The notes beneath the pieces are model-generated. The model saw only the letters and a list, made by a program, of their open reading frames with translations, was not told where the DNA came from and searched no databases. 64,000 nt of DNA from an uncultured virus (IMG/VR IMGVR_UViG_2636416135_000002) (Duplodnaviria; Heunggongvirae; Uroviricota; Caudoviricetes): IMG/VR virus record IMGVR_UViG_2636416135_000002; one strand, 5' to 3'. Position 1 is the first letter of the stretch. Each line of letters starts with the position of its first letter. The position numbers and the translations under genes were made by a program. Shown here in pieces: positions 29,236 through 39,990 of the stretch.

Positions 29236-29754
29236 TTAGATGTAGTCCTTAAGCTCGGAGCGGAGCTTCTGGAACAGCTTGTCCCTGCGATAAACGAATG
29301 TATTACGAGAGAGGCCCATTTCCTTGCCGCAGTCACGTTCCGATTTTCCTTCCATAATAAGCTGGCAGATAAGACGAACTTCCGGATCCAGCTCGTTCAG
29401 CTTTGCGTAGAGGGCGTGAAGAAGCTCTGCGTCCTCCAACACTTCAGTGATAGCTGCAGATTCATCCGGAACATCGTCAAGCCAGCTCTTTTCGTTTCCG
29501 TCACCGTCACTAATGGTGTTGTCGAGAGAAAGCTGATCGCCAGCCTTAGCATAAGGACAAGTTAAACAATCCATGTCACATAAGTAGCGCTTGCTTGCAG
29601 GGCAGACACAGCGGCCATGCTCTTGCTGACGCTTACGGTAGGTGTTGATTTCACGGTAGTAGTTCGTGTAGAACTCCTTGTTGATATCCACCCAGCTTTT
29701 GGATTCTTTAATGTAGATACGATATTGTTTACTCTGATTTACGTTTTTTGACAT
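29236..29754 (-). CDS. Sigma-70 region-4 / ECF-like phage regulator with a Cys cluster
   Basis: CVCP...CDMDCLTC, LSLD, C-terminal HTH GKSERDCGKEMGLSRNTFVYRR. Confidence 0.8.
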   Translation of the reverse strand: MSKNVNQSKQYRIYIKESKSWVDINKEFYTNYYREINTYRKRQQEHGRCVCPASKRYLCDMDCLTCPYAKAGDQLSLDNTISDGDGNEKSWLDDVPDESAAITEVLEDAELLHALYAKLNELDPEVRLICQLIMEGKSERDCGKEMGLSRNTFVYRRDKLFQKLRSELKDYI

Positions 29755-29760
29755 ATAAAA

Positions 29761-29947
29761 ACCTCCATCTTGTCAATCCGAGATGGAGGTTCCTTGCTGC
29801 TACCGGCAAAAGGGTATAGTGGTACCATGGTCAGGAGAAATCTCCATCTCATGTGTGCCACCAGCCTTTCCAGTTGCCGGGAGCGATATATTCTGTTGTG
29901 TGGTCACTTCAGCACTGGAAAGCTGTCTGCGCAAACTGCTGAAGTGA
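29761..29947 (-). promoter_or_regulatory. Putative structured 5' leader RNA with alternative RBS-sequestering helices
   Basis: Five complementary segment pairs of 7-11 bp within about 190 nt, one covering the GGAGG RBS. Confidence 0.55.
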
Positions 29948-30021
29948 TTAATATAGGAAATGAATGAGTGAAATTATGTTGCTGTATCGCTGAACGGAAA
30001 TTTGCGATGACAAACACAAAT

Positions 30022-30050
30022 TTGACAAACGAAAAACTCTGTGGTACACT
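30022..30050 (+). promoter_or_regulatory. SigA-type promoter for the defence cluster
   Basis: TTGACA, 17 bp, TACACT, with an extended TG motif. Confidence 0.75.
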
Positions 30051-30192
30051 TATTAAAGTGTGTATCTATATTCAGATGCGTTCTCCACTTCCTATGACTT
30101 AAGTATATAGGAAAGTGCATTTTTTACCGAACAACGCTGTACATGCTTATACACAGTTGTACACGCTTGATTCAAAATGGAGGTGTTTGGGA

Positions 30193-31350
30193 TTGGCAAA
30201 AACTGAATTCGAAGTGTTTGCTCAAAAAATAGCAACGTATTTTCAAGGAGACCTATCTCCAGAAGAATTTACGAGGACACTTTTTAAGAAAATTTATCTC
30301 AATCCCAATGGTGACACTCTGTTACATGACATGGAGCCTAGGACGCTGCGTGGTTATTTTTACAGAGAGCACAACATCACCACTTTGGCGAAGAAAATAA
30401 ATAAGGACTTGGACTCTCAGTATTTTGAAGAATTTATCGATACAGAGACGGACGATACTATTAAAGGTTTATGCGCGGCATTTGCCGATGAGTGTCCCGG
30501 AATCGACAACGAAAACTTCAAAAATAAAATTGCAGAGAGATTTAAAGAAATTATTTGTAATGCAGCAACAATAAAGCGCAAGCGTAAGAAAACAACAGAA
30601 CTTGTTCCTCAGTCTCAAGAAACAACAGTGGATGCAACAATTTCGCCATCTATCAAAGAGCAATATGGAGCTCTGCTTGTGGCGGAAGAACGCAGTGTTT
30701 GTCCGAATGATGGCTGCAGCACACCGTTATTTGTGAATGTAGGAGGACAGCTCGGAGCAAATTATGAAGTGACATTTATTGACCCATCTGTACCAGAAAC
30801 AAGAATGGAGAATTTAATTGCACTTTGTCCGGCTTGTCATAGCAAATACATCACAGGAAGAACAGATGAGCAGGTTCAGAGATTGTTACATATAAAAAAG
30901 AGCCTCGTAGATGACTACGAGGCGAAAGAGACTGTCTCTATGCAGAAGGTTGAAGATGGTATCCGCAAGGTGCTTGAGAAAATACCCAAAATGCAAGCAC
31001 CAGCAAATATTGATTTGAACTATAATCCTGTGACAATAAGACAGAAGATTGCCACAGATAATTTGATGCTTTATCTCAAGGCAAAGACGAATGTGAATGT
31101 ATATTACAGTGCAGTACAAGATGCATTCACTGAGTTGAACGCTGAAAGAATTCTTCGATATAAACCGTTTTGTCTTCAAGTCAGGATGACATATATGAAC
31201 TTGAGCGATATGGGATTGTCGCAGGATGAGATATTTGAAAAGATGGTTGATTGGTTACAAGATGCCACCCATGAGGATAGGAGCTCGTGTGAAGTGATAA
31301 TTTCTTACTTCATACAGAAATGTGAGGTGTTCGATGCTATTGCCGAATAA
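30193..31350 (+). CDS. ABC-three-component / Lamassu-like effector (HNH-like Zn domain plus C-terminal domain)
   Basis: CPNDGC...ENLIALCPACH; ends IISYFIQKCEVF; TTG start after GGAGGTG. Confidence 0.75.
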   Translation: MAKTEFEVFAQKIATYFQGDLSPEEFTRTLFKKIYLNPNGDTLLHDMEPRTLRGYFYREHNITTLAKKINKDLDSQYFEEFIDTETDDTIKGLCAAFADECPGIDNENFKNKIAERFKEIICNAATIKRKRKKTTELVPQSQETTVDATISPSIKEQYGALLVAEERSVCPNDGCSTPLFVNVGGQLGANYEVTFIDPSVPETRMENLIALCPACHSKYITGRTDEQVQRLLHIKKSLVDDYEAKETVSMQKVEDGIRKVLEKIPKMQAPANIDLNYNPVTIRQKIATDNLMLYLKAKTNVNVYYSAVQDAFTELNAERILRYKPFCLQVRMTYMNLSDMGLSQDEIFEKMVDWLQDATHEDRSSCEVIISYFIQKCEVFDAIAE

Positions 31351-31561
31351 GTTAATATCATACGACCAGAGCATCCTGCCTAAGTTCCCGGTTGTATTGA
31401 AAGAACTAAAAAACAGTCCTATGTCAGTGCATGACTTATACAAAAGAGTGATAAAGAAAATGTCTGGTGTTAGTGAGTTTATTGATACACTAGATTGTTT
31501 GTATGCACTTGGGAAAATAGAATTTGATGAAGAAGAGGAGGTGCTGCGCTATGTTGTATGA
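31334..31561 (+). CDS. ABC-three-component middle component (LmuC-like)
   Basis: 75 aa MLLPNKLISY...LDCLYALGKI, overlapping both neighbours. Confidence 0.75.
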   Translation: MLLPNKLISYDQSILPKFPVVLKELKNSPMSVHDLYKRVIKKMSGVSEFIDTLDCLYALGKIEFDEEEEVLRYVV

Positions 31562-33263
31562 AATTGAATGCGAAAAATTCGCTAAAAAAGTCAAAGGCCA
31601 GCTTGTTCCTCGTGGCCGTATCCAACTTCGTGAAGGTTTAAATACTGTGCTAGGTGATAAAGCTGCACAGAACTCAATTGGTAAGTCTACCTTCCTTCTT
31701 GTTGTTGACTTTTGCTTTGGTGGTGATGATTACATTAATCCTAAGATATGCAAAGCAAAAGAAAAACTGCACTCACATACTATTAACTTTGCTTTTAAAT
31801 TTGGGAATAAAATAGATTATTTTTGCAGAAGCACAAAAACGCCTTCTGAGATAGGTATCTGTGACTCGGAGTATAAAGTACAGCGAATACAAACTCTGAA
31901 AGAATTCAAGGATTACCTCTTGAAGGCGTATGATATAACAACTCCTTCAATCTCATTTAGAGAGATGGTAGGGCGCTTTCTGCGTATCTATGGTAGAGAG
32001 AATTATGCGGAAAGATACCCTTTGAAATACGGGGATGTTAAGCCAGAATCCGCAATAGAAACATTGGAGAAAATGTTCAATGTTTTTGCATTTATTGAAG
32101 AATACAAAAGTGTTTACGATGATAAGAGTAAACGCAGTAAGGTGCGAGATGATGCAACTAAACTTGGTGAGATGACAAATGTCGCAAGGACCAAGAAGGA
32201 ATATAACGCCAATGAAAAGGAAATCGAACGCCTTAGAACAGAATTACAAAAGTTGATGGACAGAGAGGATGCTAAATTATCCCAAGAAGAAACGGACAAT
32301 CTGGATAAAGCATCTGAGATTAGAGGCCAGCTGACAGTTCTGAAAAGAAGACGCAGTAGACTTGTATCGCAACTAAATGCTGTAAAAGCAAATATGTCGG
32401 GAGGTTTTGTTCCAGTTGAGGAAGATTTATCGGAGCTGTCCGAGTTCTTTCCTGATGTTGATGTCCAGAAGCTATCTCAAATAGAGCATTTTCATGACAA
32501 GATGCAGCACATCCTTTCTCAGGAAATGGGCGATGAGATAGCACAGCTTCAGATATTGATTGATGCTATTTCGGCTGAAATGGTAAGGCTTCAAGAATCG
32601 CAAAGGAAACTTGGAATACCGGTGACGATCTCTAAAAAATTTATGGATAGGGTGGTTGAGATTCAGCGTCAAATAGATATTTTAGTTGCAAAAAATAAAG
32701 GATATGACAAATCCGCCAAACTAAAAACAGAGAAAAAAGAAGCAAAAGTTCAACTTGAAGATGTCCGTGAAACACAGCTTCAGGCAGTTGAAACAAGTAT
32801 CAATCAGGAAATGACTCGTCTAAACGATTATATCTATAATGGTGAACGCTATGCGCCTACTATAAAATTTGGAAATTCTAGAAGTGGAAAGCCAACTTAT
32901 GAATTTTGGACTGAGGACGATACTGGAGCAGGCACAAACTTCAAGGGATTAATTATTTTTGACCTTGCACTCTTACGGCTCACGGAGCTACCAGTTATAG
33001 CACATGATTCTAATATTTTCAAAAATATTGCAGACTTGCCGATAGATAAAATCATGGAGCTATATAACCAGAGTGAAAAGCAGATTTTTATTGCATTTGA
33101 TAAAGAAGATACATTTTATGATGTGACACGTGACATTGTCCATTCGACTAAGGTTATTGAGCTTCATGAAAATGGAGGAGAACTATTTGGATGGTCATGG
33201 GCAAAGAAAGCAGCAAGAGAGAAACAAATTGCTACAGAAACTGGTGTGATTGAGGAGTCATAA
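31551..33263 (+). CDS. SMC-like ABC ATPase (DUF2326 / LmuB-like)
   Basis: GLNTVLG...NSIGKST Walker A, central coiled coil, FDLALL...IAHDS Walker B region. Confidence 0.82.
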   Translation: MLYEIECEKFAKKVKGQLVPRGRIQLREGLNTVLGDKAAQNSIGKSTFLLVVDFCFGGDDYINPKICKAKEKLHSHTINFAFKFGNKIDYFCRSTKTPSEIGICDSEYKVQRIQTLKEFKDYLLKAYDITTPSISFREMVGRFLRIYGRENYAERYPLKYGDVKPESAIETLEKMFNVFAFIEEYKSVYDDKSKRSKVRDDATKLGEMTNVARTKKEYNANEKEIERLRTELQKLMDREDAKLSQEETDNLDKASEIRGQLTVLKRRRSRLVSQLNAVKANMSGGFVPVEEDLSELSEFFPDVDVQKLSQIEHFHDKMQHILSQEMGDEIAQLQILIDAISAEMVRLQESQRKLGIPVTISKKFMDRVVEIQRQIDILVAKNKGYDKSAKLKTEKKEAKVQLEDVRETQLQAVETSINQEMTRLNDYIYNGERYAPTIKFGNSRSGKPTYEFWTEDDTGAGTNFKGLIIFDLALLRLTELPVIAHDSNIFKNIADLPIDKIMELYNQSEKQIFIAFDKEDTFYDVTRDIVHSTKVIELHENGGELFGWSWAKKAAREKQIATETGVIEES

Positions 33264-33279
33264 TAAATGGAGGTACCAG

Positions 33280-33507
33280 ATGCGTATCAGTTATAATCCG
33301 TTATGGAAAATGCTTATTGATAGAGGCATGAACAAAAAAGAATTGAGAGAACTTAGTGGAATAAGCACAGCGTCAATGGCAAAGCTGGGTAAAGGAGACA
33401 ATATTACTACAGATGTGCTTTTGAGAATATGCACGGCATTGAATTGTCAGATTAGTGATATTTTAGAAACTTTGCCAGATGAAGAAACTAAGAATAACGA
33501 AGATTAA
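33280..33507 (+). CDS. XRE/Cro-C1 HTH regulator
   Basis: ISYNPLWKMLIDRGMNKKEL...ICTALNCQISDI. Confidence 0.9.
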   Translation: MRISYNPLWKMLIDRGMNKKELRELSGISTASMAKLGKGDNITTDVLLRICTALNCQISDILETLPDEETKNNED

Positions 33508-33527
33508 AATTCGTTAGGAGGATTTGG

Positions 33528-34157
33528 ATGGAGCAAAATAACAAAGTAGCCCTACAGGCAGCGAGCCCATATAATGCTGCCATAACAAGAGAACAATTTT
33601 TATTTTATGAAGTGCGAACTACTGCCAAGTTGCTCCATGAGGGATGCAGCTCAGAAGAAGTAGTAGAGCGTATTATTTCAGATAATTTATTTCAGTATCC
33701 GACAGAAAAGTCGGTGCGAAAGATGGCGCTTGCTTGCCTGAGAAGATTAGAGGCACTTGGTGATAATTCTTTAGTTGCAGCAATCGCAACGCAGCCATCC
33801 GATGTAGCAAAGCAGATATGTTTGTATGCCATGATGAAACAGTACCGCTTGATTTGGGATTTCATGATTACCGTCATCGGTGAGAAGTACAGATTATCGG
33901 ACACTACTTTCGGCAAGATAGACTTGAATAGCTATTTCCTGCGCTTGCAGGAGCAGGATGACTGGGTGGCCACATGGAGTGATTCTACGGTTACCAAGTT
34001 GAAACAGGTAATCGCAAAAATACTGGTGGAAAATGAATACATTGATAATATTAAATCTGTAAAGCTCAACCCGGTATGGCTCCAGCCTGTACTTGAGAAT
34101 GCAATCCGTGAAAATGGTGATGAGATTGCTCTTCCTGCATTCAATTGCTTTTCGTAA
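33528..34157 (+). CDS. brxA: BREX protein BrxA (DUF1819)
   Basis: DNLFQYPT and WSDSTVTKLKQ motifs; position before brxB and brxC. Confidence 0.88.
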   Translation: MEQNNKVALQAASPYNAAITREQFLFYEVRTTAKLLHEGCSSEEVVERIISDNLFQYPTEKSVRKMALACLRRLEALGDNSLVAAIATQPSDVAKQICLYAMMKQYRLIWDFMITVIGEKYRLSDTTFGKIDLNSYFLRLQEQDDWVATWSDSTVTKLKQVIAKILVENEYIDNIKSVKLNPVWLQPVLENAIRENGDEIALPAFNCFS

Positions 34158-34171
34158 GGAGGTAGGCCCAA

Positions 34172-34729
34172 GTGAGTGAATTGAAAGAAAGACTAGATAA
34201 CCTCAGAGCCTTAATGCAGGAGCCAGAGTTTCTTGAAGGCAAAGGTTTAAGCAATGAGGTAAATATACGAATCTTCTGTTATGACCCATCCGATGAGATG
34301 ATGGTCAGACATTTTATCGAGCAGATTATGACAGATCAGTCAATGAACTGTCACCTGATAGAACATAACTTATATGAAGTGTTTCTTTCTATCTGTGAAG
34401 ATAAGCGCATCGCAAAAACAATACCTGCGATGGAAGAGAAAAAAGGTAAAGAATTTATCCGAGACCAGATGAGCCGTATGGCTAATAATACAGCTTTTGT
34501 AAATAAGATGAAATATGAACCACATGAAGCTGGTGACGTACTTGTCATTACAGGAGTGGGAGATGCATTTCCGTTTATCAGAGTCCATGACCTGTTAAAT
34601 GCGATGCAGCCAGAATTTCCAGATGTTCCGATTCTGGTGTTCTATCCAGGCAATTATGATGGCCGTGATGTGCAGCTTTTCAATCGCCTGAAGAAAAATC
34701 CTTACTACCGAGCTTTCAATGTGATTTAA
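34172..34729 (+). CDS. brxB: BREX protein BrxB (DUF1788)
   Basis: GLSNEV, IFCYDP, ITGVG, FYPGNY, YYRAF. Confidence 0.9.
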   Translation: MSELKERLDNLRALMQEPEFLEGKGLSNEVNIRIFCYDPSDEMMVRHFIEQIMTDQSMNCHLIEHNLYEVFLSICEDKRIAKTIPAMEEKKGKEFIRDQMSRMANNTAFVNKMKYEPHEAGDVLVITGVGDAFPFIRVHDLLNAMQPEFPDVPILVFYPGNYDGRDVQLFNRLKKNPYYRAFNVI

Positions 34730-34741
34730 GGAGGAACAGCA

Positions 34742-37700
34742 ATGGTTATTGAACAATTATTCCAAGAGGATATTAATCGTAAAATCAATGGCGTCGTTAA
34801 AGTAGACCAAGATGCTACTGATGTTCTTGTTCAGGAATTGGATGAGTATGTCATCACCAGAGATTTGAAGAAGCACTTCATTACTTTCTTTAATAACTAT
34901 GGAGAGTCCTTTCATGAAGGCACTGCAGATATTGGTGTTTGGATTTCCGGGTTCTTTGGAAGTGGTAAATCTCACTTCCTGAAAATGCTCTCCTACCTGC
35001 TTGCTAATCAGGAGGTACAGGGTGTTCGTACCGTAGAACGATTTCGTAAAAAATTTGAGGATGATCCGGCAACATTCATGTTGATTGATTCCGTTACTAA
35101 GGGTCATACGGATACTATCCTTTTCAATATCGATATTGAGGGTTCCATCAACAAGGACAAGACTGCTGTTCTTCGTGTTTTTGCAAAGATGTTCTATAAC
35201 TACCTTGGTTTTTATGGGGAGAATCTTAAGGTAGCAAAGCTGGAGCAGTTCATCGAAAAACGTGGAAAGACAGCAGAGTTCCGTCGTGTATTTGAGGAGA
35301 AAAATGGTGGCCCTTGGCTTGAGTCAAGAGATGCCTTCGCTTTCTTTGAAGACGATGTTGTTGATACATTGAAAGAGGTTCTCGGTATGAGCGAGGATGC
35401 TGCACGTAACTGGTTTAATGGAACCGAGACCGTAGAGACCAGCATCGCACAGCTTGTTTCTGAGATGAAAGATTATGTGGACAATAAACCGGATGACTTC
35501 CGTTTGCTATTTATGGTCGATGAGGTTGGCCAGTATGTAGGTGGCGATACAGACCTTCTTATTAACCTGCAGTCTCTTGTTGAGAAAATCGGCAGTGAGT
35601 GCGGCGGTAAGATTTGGGTTGTTTGTACCGGTCAGGAAGCTATCGATGAAATCATCAAGGCTCGTGAAAATGAGTTTTCTCGTATTCAGGCCCGTTTCAA
35701 GACCAGACTTTCGCTGACTTCTTCTTCCGCAGACGAAGTTATCCAGAAACGTATTTTGAAAAAAAAGCCTGAAGTGGAACCGGCATTGGAACAGATATAT
35801 AGCCAGAATGATTCCGTTCTTCGTAACCTGTTCAGCTTTACTGATGCAATGTTGGACATTAAGGGATATACCGGTCCGCAGGACTTTGCCAGAAACTTCC
35901 CGTTCGTACCTTACCAGTTCATTATCATGCAGAAGGTATTTGCTGAAATCCGTAAACATGGTAACTCTGGTAAACACCTTTCCGGTGGTGAACGTTCGAT
36001 GCTTTCCGGATTCCAAGAGGCAGCACAGAGGATTCAGGATAAGGACGAGTATGCACTGGCACCGTTCTATCTTTTCTACGATACCGTACATACATTCCTT
36101 GACAGTTCTATTCGTCGTGTTATTGAGCGTTGCCAGAAGGCAGCAGACAACGGTGATGGTATTGAACAGCAGGATGTGGACGTTTTAAAGCTCCTGTATC
36201 TTATCCGTTATGTCGATGATATTCCGGCAAACATTGATAACATTGTTATCCTTATGGCGGATGATATTCGTTTGGATAAGATTACGATGCGCGAAAAGGT
36301 ACGTGGCAGTCTCGACCGTCTGCTTAGTCAGAACTACATCGGAAGAACCGGTGACACTTATAATTTCCTGACTGATGAAGAACAGGATATTCAAAGAGAC
36401 ATTTACAAAAATACTCAGGTCGATACCTCTGCAATCGTGGAGCGTATTGGCCAGATGATTTTTGCTGATATTTATACAACAAAGAAATACCGTCACGGAA
36501 AGTACGATTTCCCATTTGATCAGATGGTAGACACAACAAGCATTGGTGCCGTAACCGGTGGTATGAGACTTCGCATCATGACGGTAGCAACAGACACTGT
36601 TGAGAAGAGTGAGCTTCGTCTTATGACAGAGTCTAAAAATCAGGCGATCGTTGTACTTGCTGAAACACCTTATTATGAGTCATTGGAAAAAGCAATGAAA
36701 GTGCGTAAATATGTAAAGCAGCGTAATGTAGCACAGCTACCGAAGTCCGTACAGGACATCATTCGAAATCATCAGGATGAGGCTAACAAGTACGAAGCAT
36801 CTGCAGAGGAAGATTTGAAGAAGGCAATCGTTGATGCAGAGTTCTATGTAGATGGAGAACGTATTGAAGTTAAGGGTGGAGATGCTAAGAGCAAGCTGGA
36901 TCAAGCGCTGGAATATTTAGTTACTCATGTTTATAGTGAACTTGGTCTTATTACAAAGAATGCGGATACAGACGCTGATATATTGGCAGTACTGCAGGGT
37001 GACCATCTGAATGGTGTTATGGCTGGTATGGAAGAAAACCATGACGCCGCAGTGAAAATGGAAGAATATTTGGAAATGCAGGACGCCAAAAAACTTCCTA
37101 CTTCTATGGCAGATGTACAGAGCCGCTATCAGGCGATTCCTTATGGCTGGAAGGAAATCGACATTGCGGTTGTGGCTGCGATGCTGATTTACGACTAGAA
37201 GGTCACGGTTAAGTACGGTGGCGAAACTATCCAGCCGGGTAATCCAAAACTTCCGGATATGCTTCGTAAGAAGAGTGAGATTGGCAGAACAAGCATCTCT
37301 AAGCGTCAGATCATTACGGCAACTAAGATGCGTGCCGTCAAAGAATTGCTGCGTGAATACTTCGATGTAATGGACGTACCGGATGATGAAGACGGGCTAG
37401 TTGGATATATTGTTGAGAAGTTTGAAGAACAGAAGTCTCATTATGAGAAGCTGAATGAACGTTATGAGGGTCATAAATATCCTGACCATCACCTTGTGAC
37501 AAAAGCTCTCAGCCTAATGGAAAGTGTACTTTCTCAGCGCAAGGATAATACAGCTCTGATTGACAGACTTCTGAAGGAGGAAGACAGCCTCCTTGATAAT
37601 AAGGATGACATGCAGAGCGTTGAAGGTTTCTTCAAGAATCAGGTGCAGGTGTTCGATGCAGCAGTTCGTATGGAAGCAGAGCTGAGAAACGACCTCTCTT

Positions 37701-38296
37701 ATCTTCAGAAGGAAGAGGAGGCAAATCAGGCACTGAATCAGATTCGTAAGATTACCGTAGTGGATGCCGGACAGAGTAGCGTTTACAGACGTATCCCTGA
37801 GTTGAACGGATTGATGGATACTGTTCGTGAGGGCCACGGAAGGCTTCTCGAAGCAAAGCGAGCAGAGATTCTTGAAATCATCCGTCAGTGCTTGTCAGAA
37901 ATCCATACTCTTGCCGGTGATGTTTATGATGCCAGAGCAATATCTGAGCGTGCTGATAAATTCTTTGATCAGCAGAAGACAAGAGTGGCAGAGCTGGAAA
38001 GCCTGCAGCTTCTTGATGGTCTGGTACCTCAGATGTGGGGATATAAGGATGACACAGTCGATAAAATCGATGGTATCGTTCATCCAAAGACTCCAGTTAC
38101 ACCAACCGTCAAACCGAAAGAAGGTGGAGCAGTAACTCCTCCAGCTCCAAAGAAGGTTATCAAAAATGTATACCGTCAGGCGGCATTCCCTTCTAAGACT
38201 CTTGAGAGTCAGGAAGATATCGATGCCTACGTTGAAAGAATGAGAGCATACCTCACTGCAATGATGAAGGATTGCGACGGAATCAAATTAAGCTAA
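34742..38296 (+). pseudogene. brxC: BREX ATPase BrxC split by an in-frame TAG at 37196-37198
   Basis: WISGFFGSGKSH Walker A and VDEVGQY Walker B; frame continues Y-D-stop-K-V-T-V-K-Y-G-G into the 37259 ORF. Confidence 0.85.
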
Positions 38297-38306
38297 GGAG
38301 ACCGTT

Positions 38307-39779
38307 ATGAACAAGAATGCGATAAAAAAATTCGCCACAGAGGCTCGCCGAGAGTTAATCTCCCGTGTGAGCCAGAGGGCGTTGAAATACGGTATTTCCG
38401 ATAAAGAAATCGGAAATCCAAATGACGATAGCGTCAATGGGCATTTGCTTTCTTCTACCGAGAAGAAGCAGAGAGCTGCCTTGATTGCGCAGATTAAAGA
38501 AAAAGGATATGAGCAGGTTATGGAGGAGGTTGCCTACACATGGTTTAACCGTTTCTCCGCACTGCGATTCATGGAGGTCAATGGATATCTCCCTAGTAGA
38601 GTGCGTGTTTTCACAGATGAAAACAATGCATTTAAGCCTCAGATTCTTACTGAGGCAATTCACATGGAGCTGGATGGACTCGATATGGAGAAAGTCTATG
38701 CCTATAAGGAAGCCAATGACAATGATGAATTGTATAAGTATCTTCTGATTACCCAGTGCAATGCACTCAATAGCGTGCTTCCGGGTATGTTCCAGAAGAT
38801 TGCAGACTACACCGAGCTTTTGTTTCCTGACAACCTTCTTCGTGAAGGTAGTGTTGTTCAGCAGATGATTGAACTGATACCGGAGGAAGATTGGAAGGAT
38901 GCCGTTCAGATTATTGGATGGTTGTATCAATACTATAATATTGAACAAAATGAACTTGTATATGATGGCACTATGTCAAAGAGCAGGCTTCCGAAGGAAT
39001 TGATTCCTGCAGCAACAACAATATTTACTCCAGATTGGGCCGTCAGGTACATGGTAGAAAACTCTTTGGGGCATATTTGGTTGGAAGGGCACCCAGATGA
39101 TGAACTGAAATCTCAGTGGAAGTATTATCTGGAAGAGGCAAAGCAGGAGTCAGTTGTTCAGGATCAGCTTGCGTCCATTCGTGAAGAGTATAAAGCTCTG
39201 AAACCAGAAGATATTCTGTGCATCGACCCTTGCTCCGGCAGCGGCCACATTTTGGCCTATATGTTTGATGTGCTCGTTCAGATTTATGAGGCTTATGGTG
39301 TTGATACCAGAACTGCAGTTGCAAGTATCGTAGAAAACAACATCTATGGATTGGATATCGATGACCGTGCAGCACAGCTGGCATACTTCTCCGTTATGAT
39401 GAAAGCCTGCCAGTACGATAAGAGATTCTTTCGTCGTAAGGTTCAACCGCATGTTTACGCCATTGCAGAAAGTAACTATGTGGACCAGTATGCAGTGGAA
39501 TACTTCTGTAATAGTGATGTAAAGCTAAAGACAGCAATGGATACCATTATTGCAGAGCTTCATGATGCAAAGGAATATGGTTCTATCCTTACAATTAGCC
39601 AGCAAGATTGGAATACTCTCTATGCTCGTTTTGATGAGATTAAGAATGAGAGTGTGATGTCGATTTATTCAGAAGCAGCATTAAAGTTAAAAAATATGGT
39701 CGAAGTTGCTGAAGTTTTGTCGAAAAAATACCATGTTGTTTCCACTAATGAGCGTGAATTATTAGGACTAAGTGATTAA
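38307..39779 (+). pseudogene. pglX: BREX methyltransferase PglX, 5' part, truncated at motif IV
   Basis: EEVAYTWFNR, IIGWLYQYY, FTPDWAVRYMVENSLG, DPCSGSGHIL; ends KYHVVSTN-ERELLGLSD-stop where NPPY is expected. Confidence 0.9.
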
Positions 39780-39847
39780 AACCTTGATTTTATCAGCTTT
39801 TTTAGACATTAGAGGAGAAAACAAAATGAATAACAGAGTAAAATAAT

Positions 39848-39963
39848 GGCTCTTCACTTTAGAAATTAAAGATGAGGAGCTGTTTTTATATCCAACTAAA
39901 TAAATAATGATACATAGAGCGTTTGCTTATCTGATTTTAGATTTGTGAACGCTCTATTTTTTT
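39848..39963 (+). terminator. Two tandem terminator-like hairpins at the ICE left end
   Basis: GCTCTTCA...TGAGGAGC plus T run; ATAGAGCGTT...AACGCTCTAT plus T run. Confidence 0.6.
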
Positions 39964-39990
39964 GTTCCAAATATAACTCAAGGACTGGAG

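Larger units (their letters stand above)
1..29950 (-). mobile_element. Prophage (siphovirus-type, HK97-like head, PolA/P4-type primase replication module); continues left of the window
   Basis: Co-oriented run of regulator, replication, packaging, head and tail genes. No integrase, lysis genes or att site visible, so the boundaries are approximate. Confidence 0.95.

Noticed and set aside
752..37198. Stop-codon reassignment or readthrough explaining the two in-frame stops
   Set aside because: The stops differ (TAA and TAG), each occurs once, and other genes end normally at TAA or TAG. No suppressor tRNA was seen.
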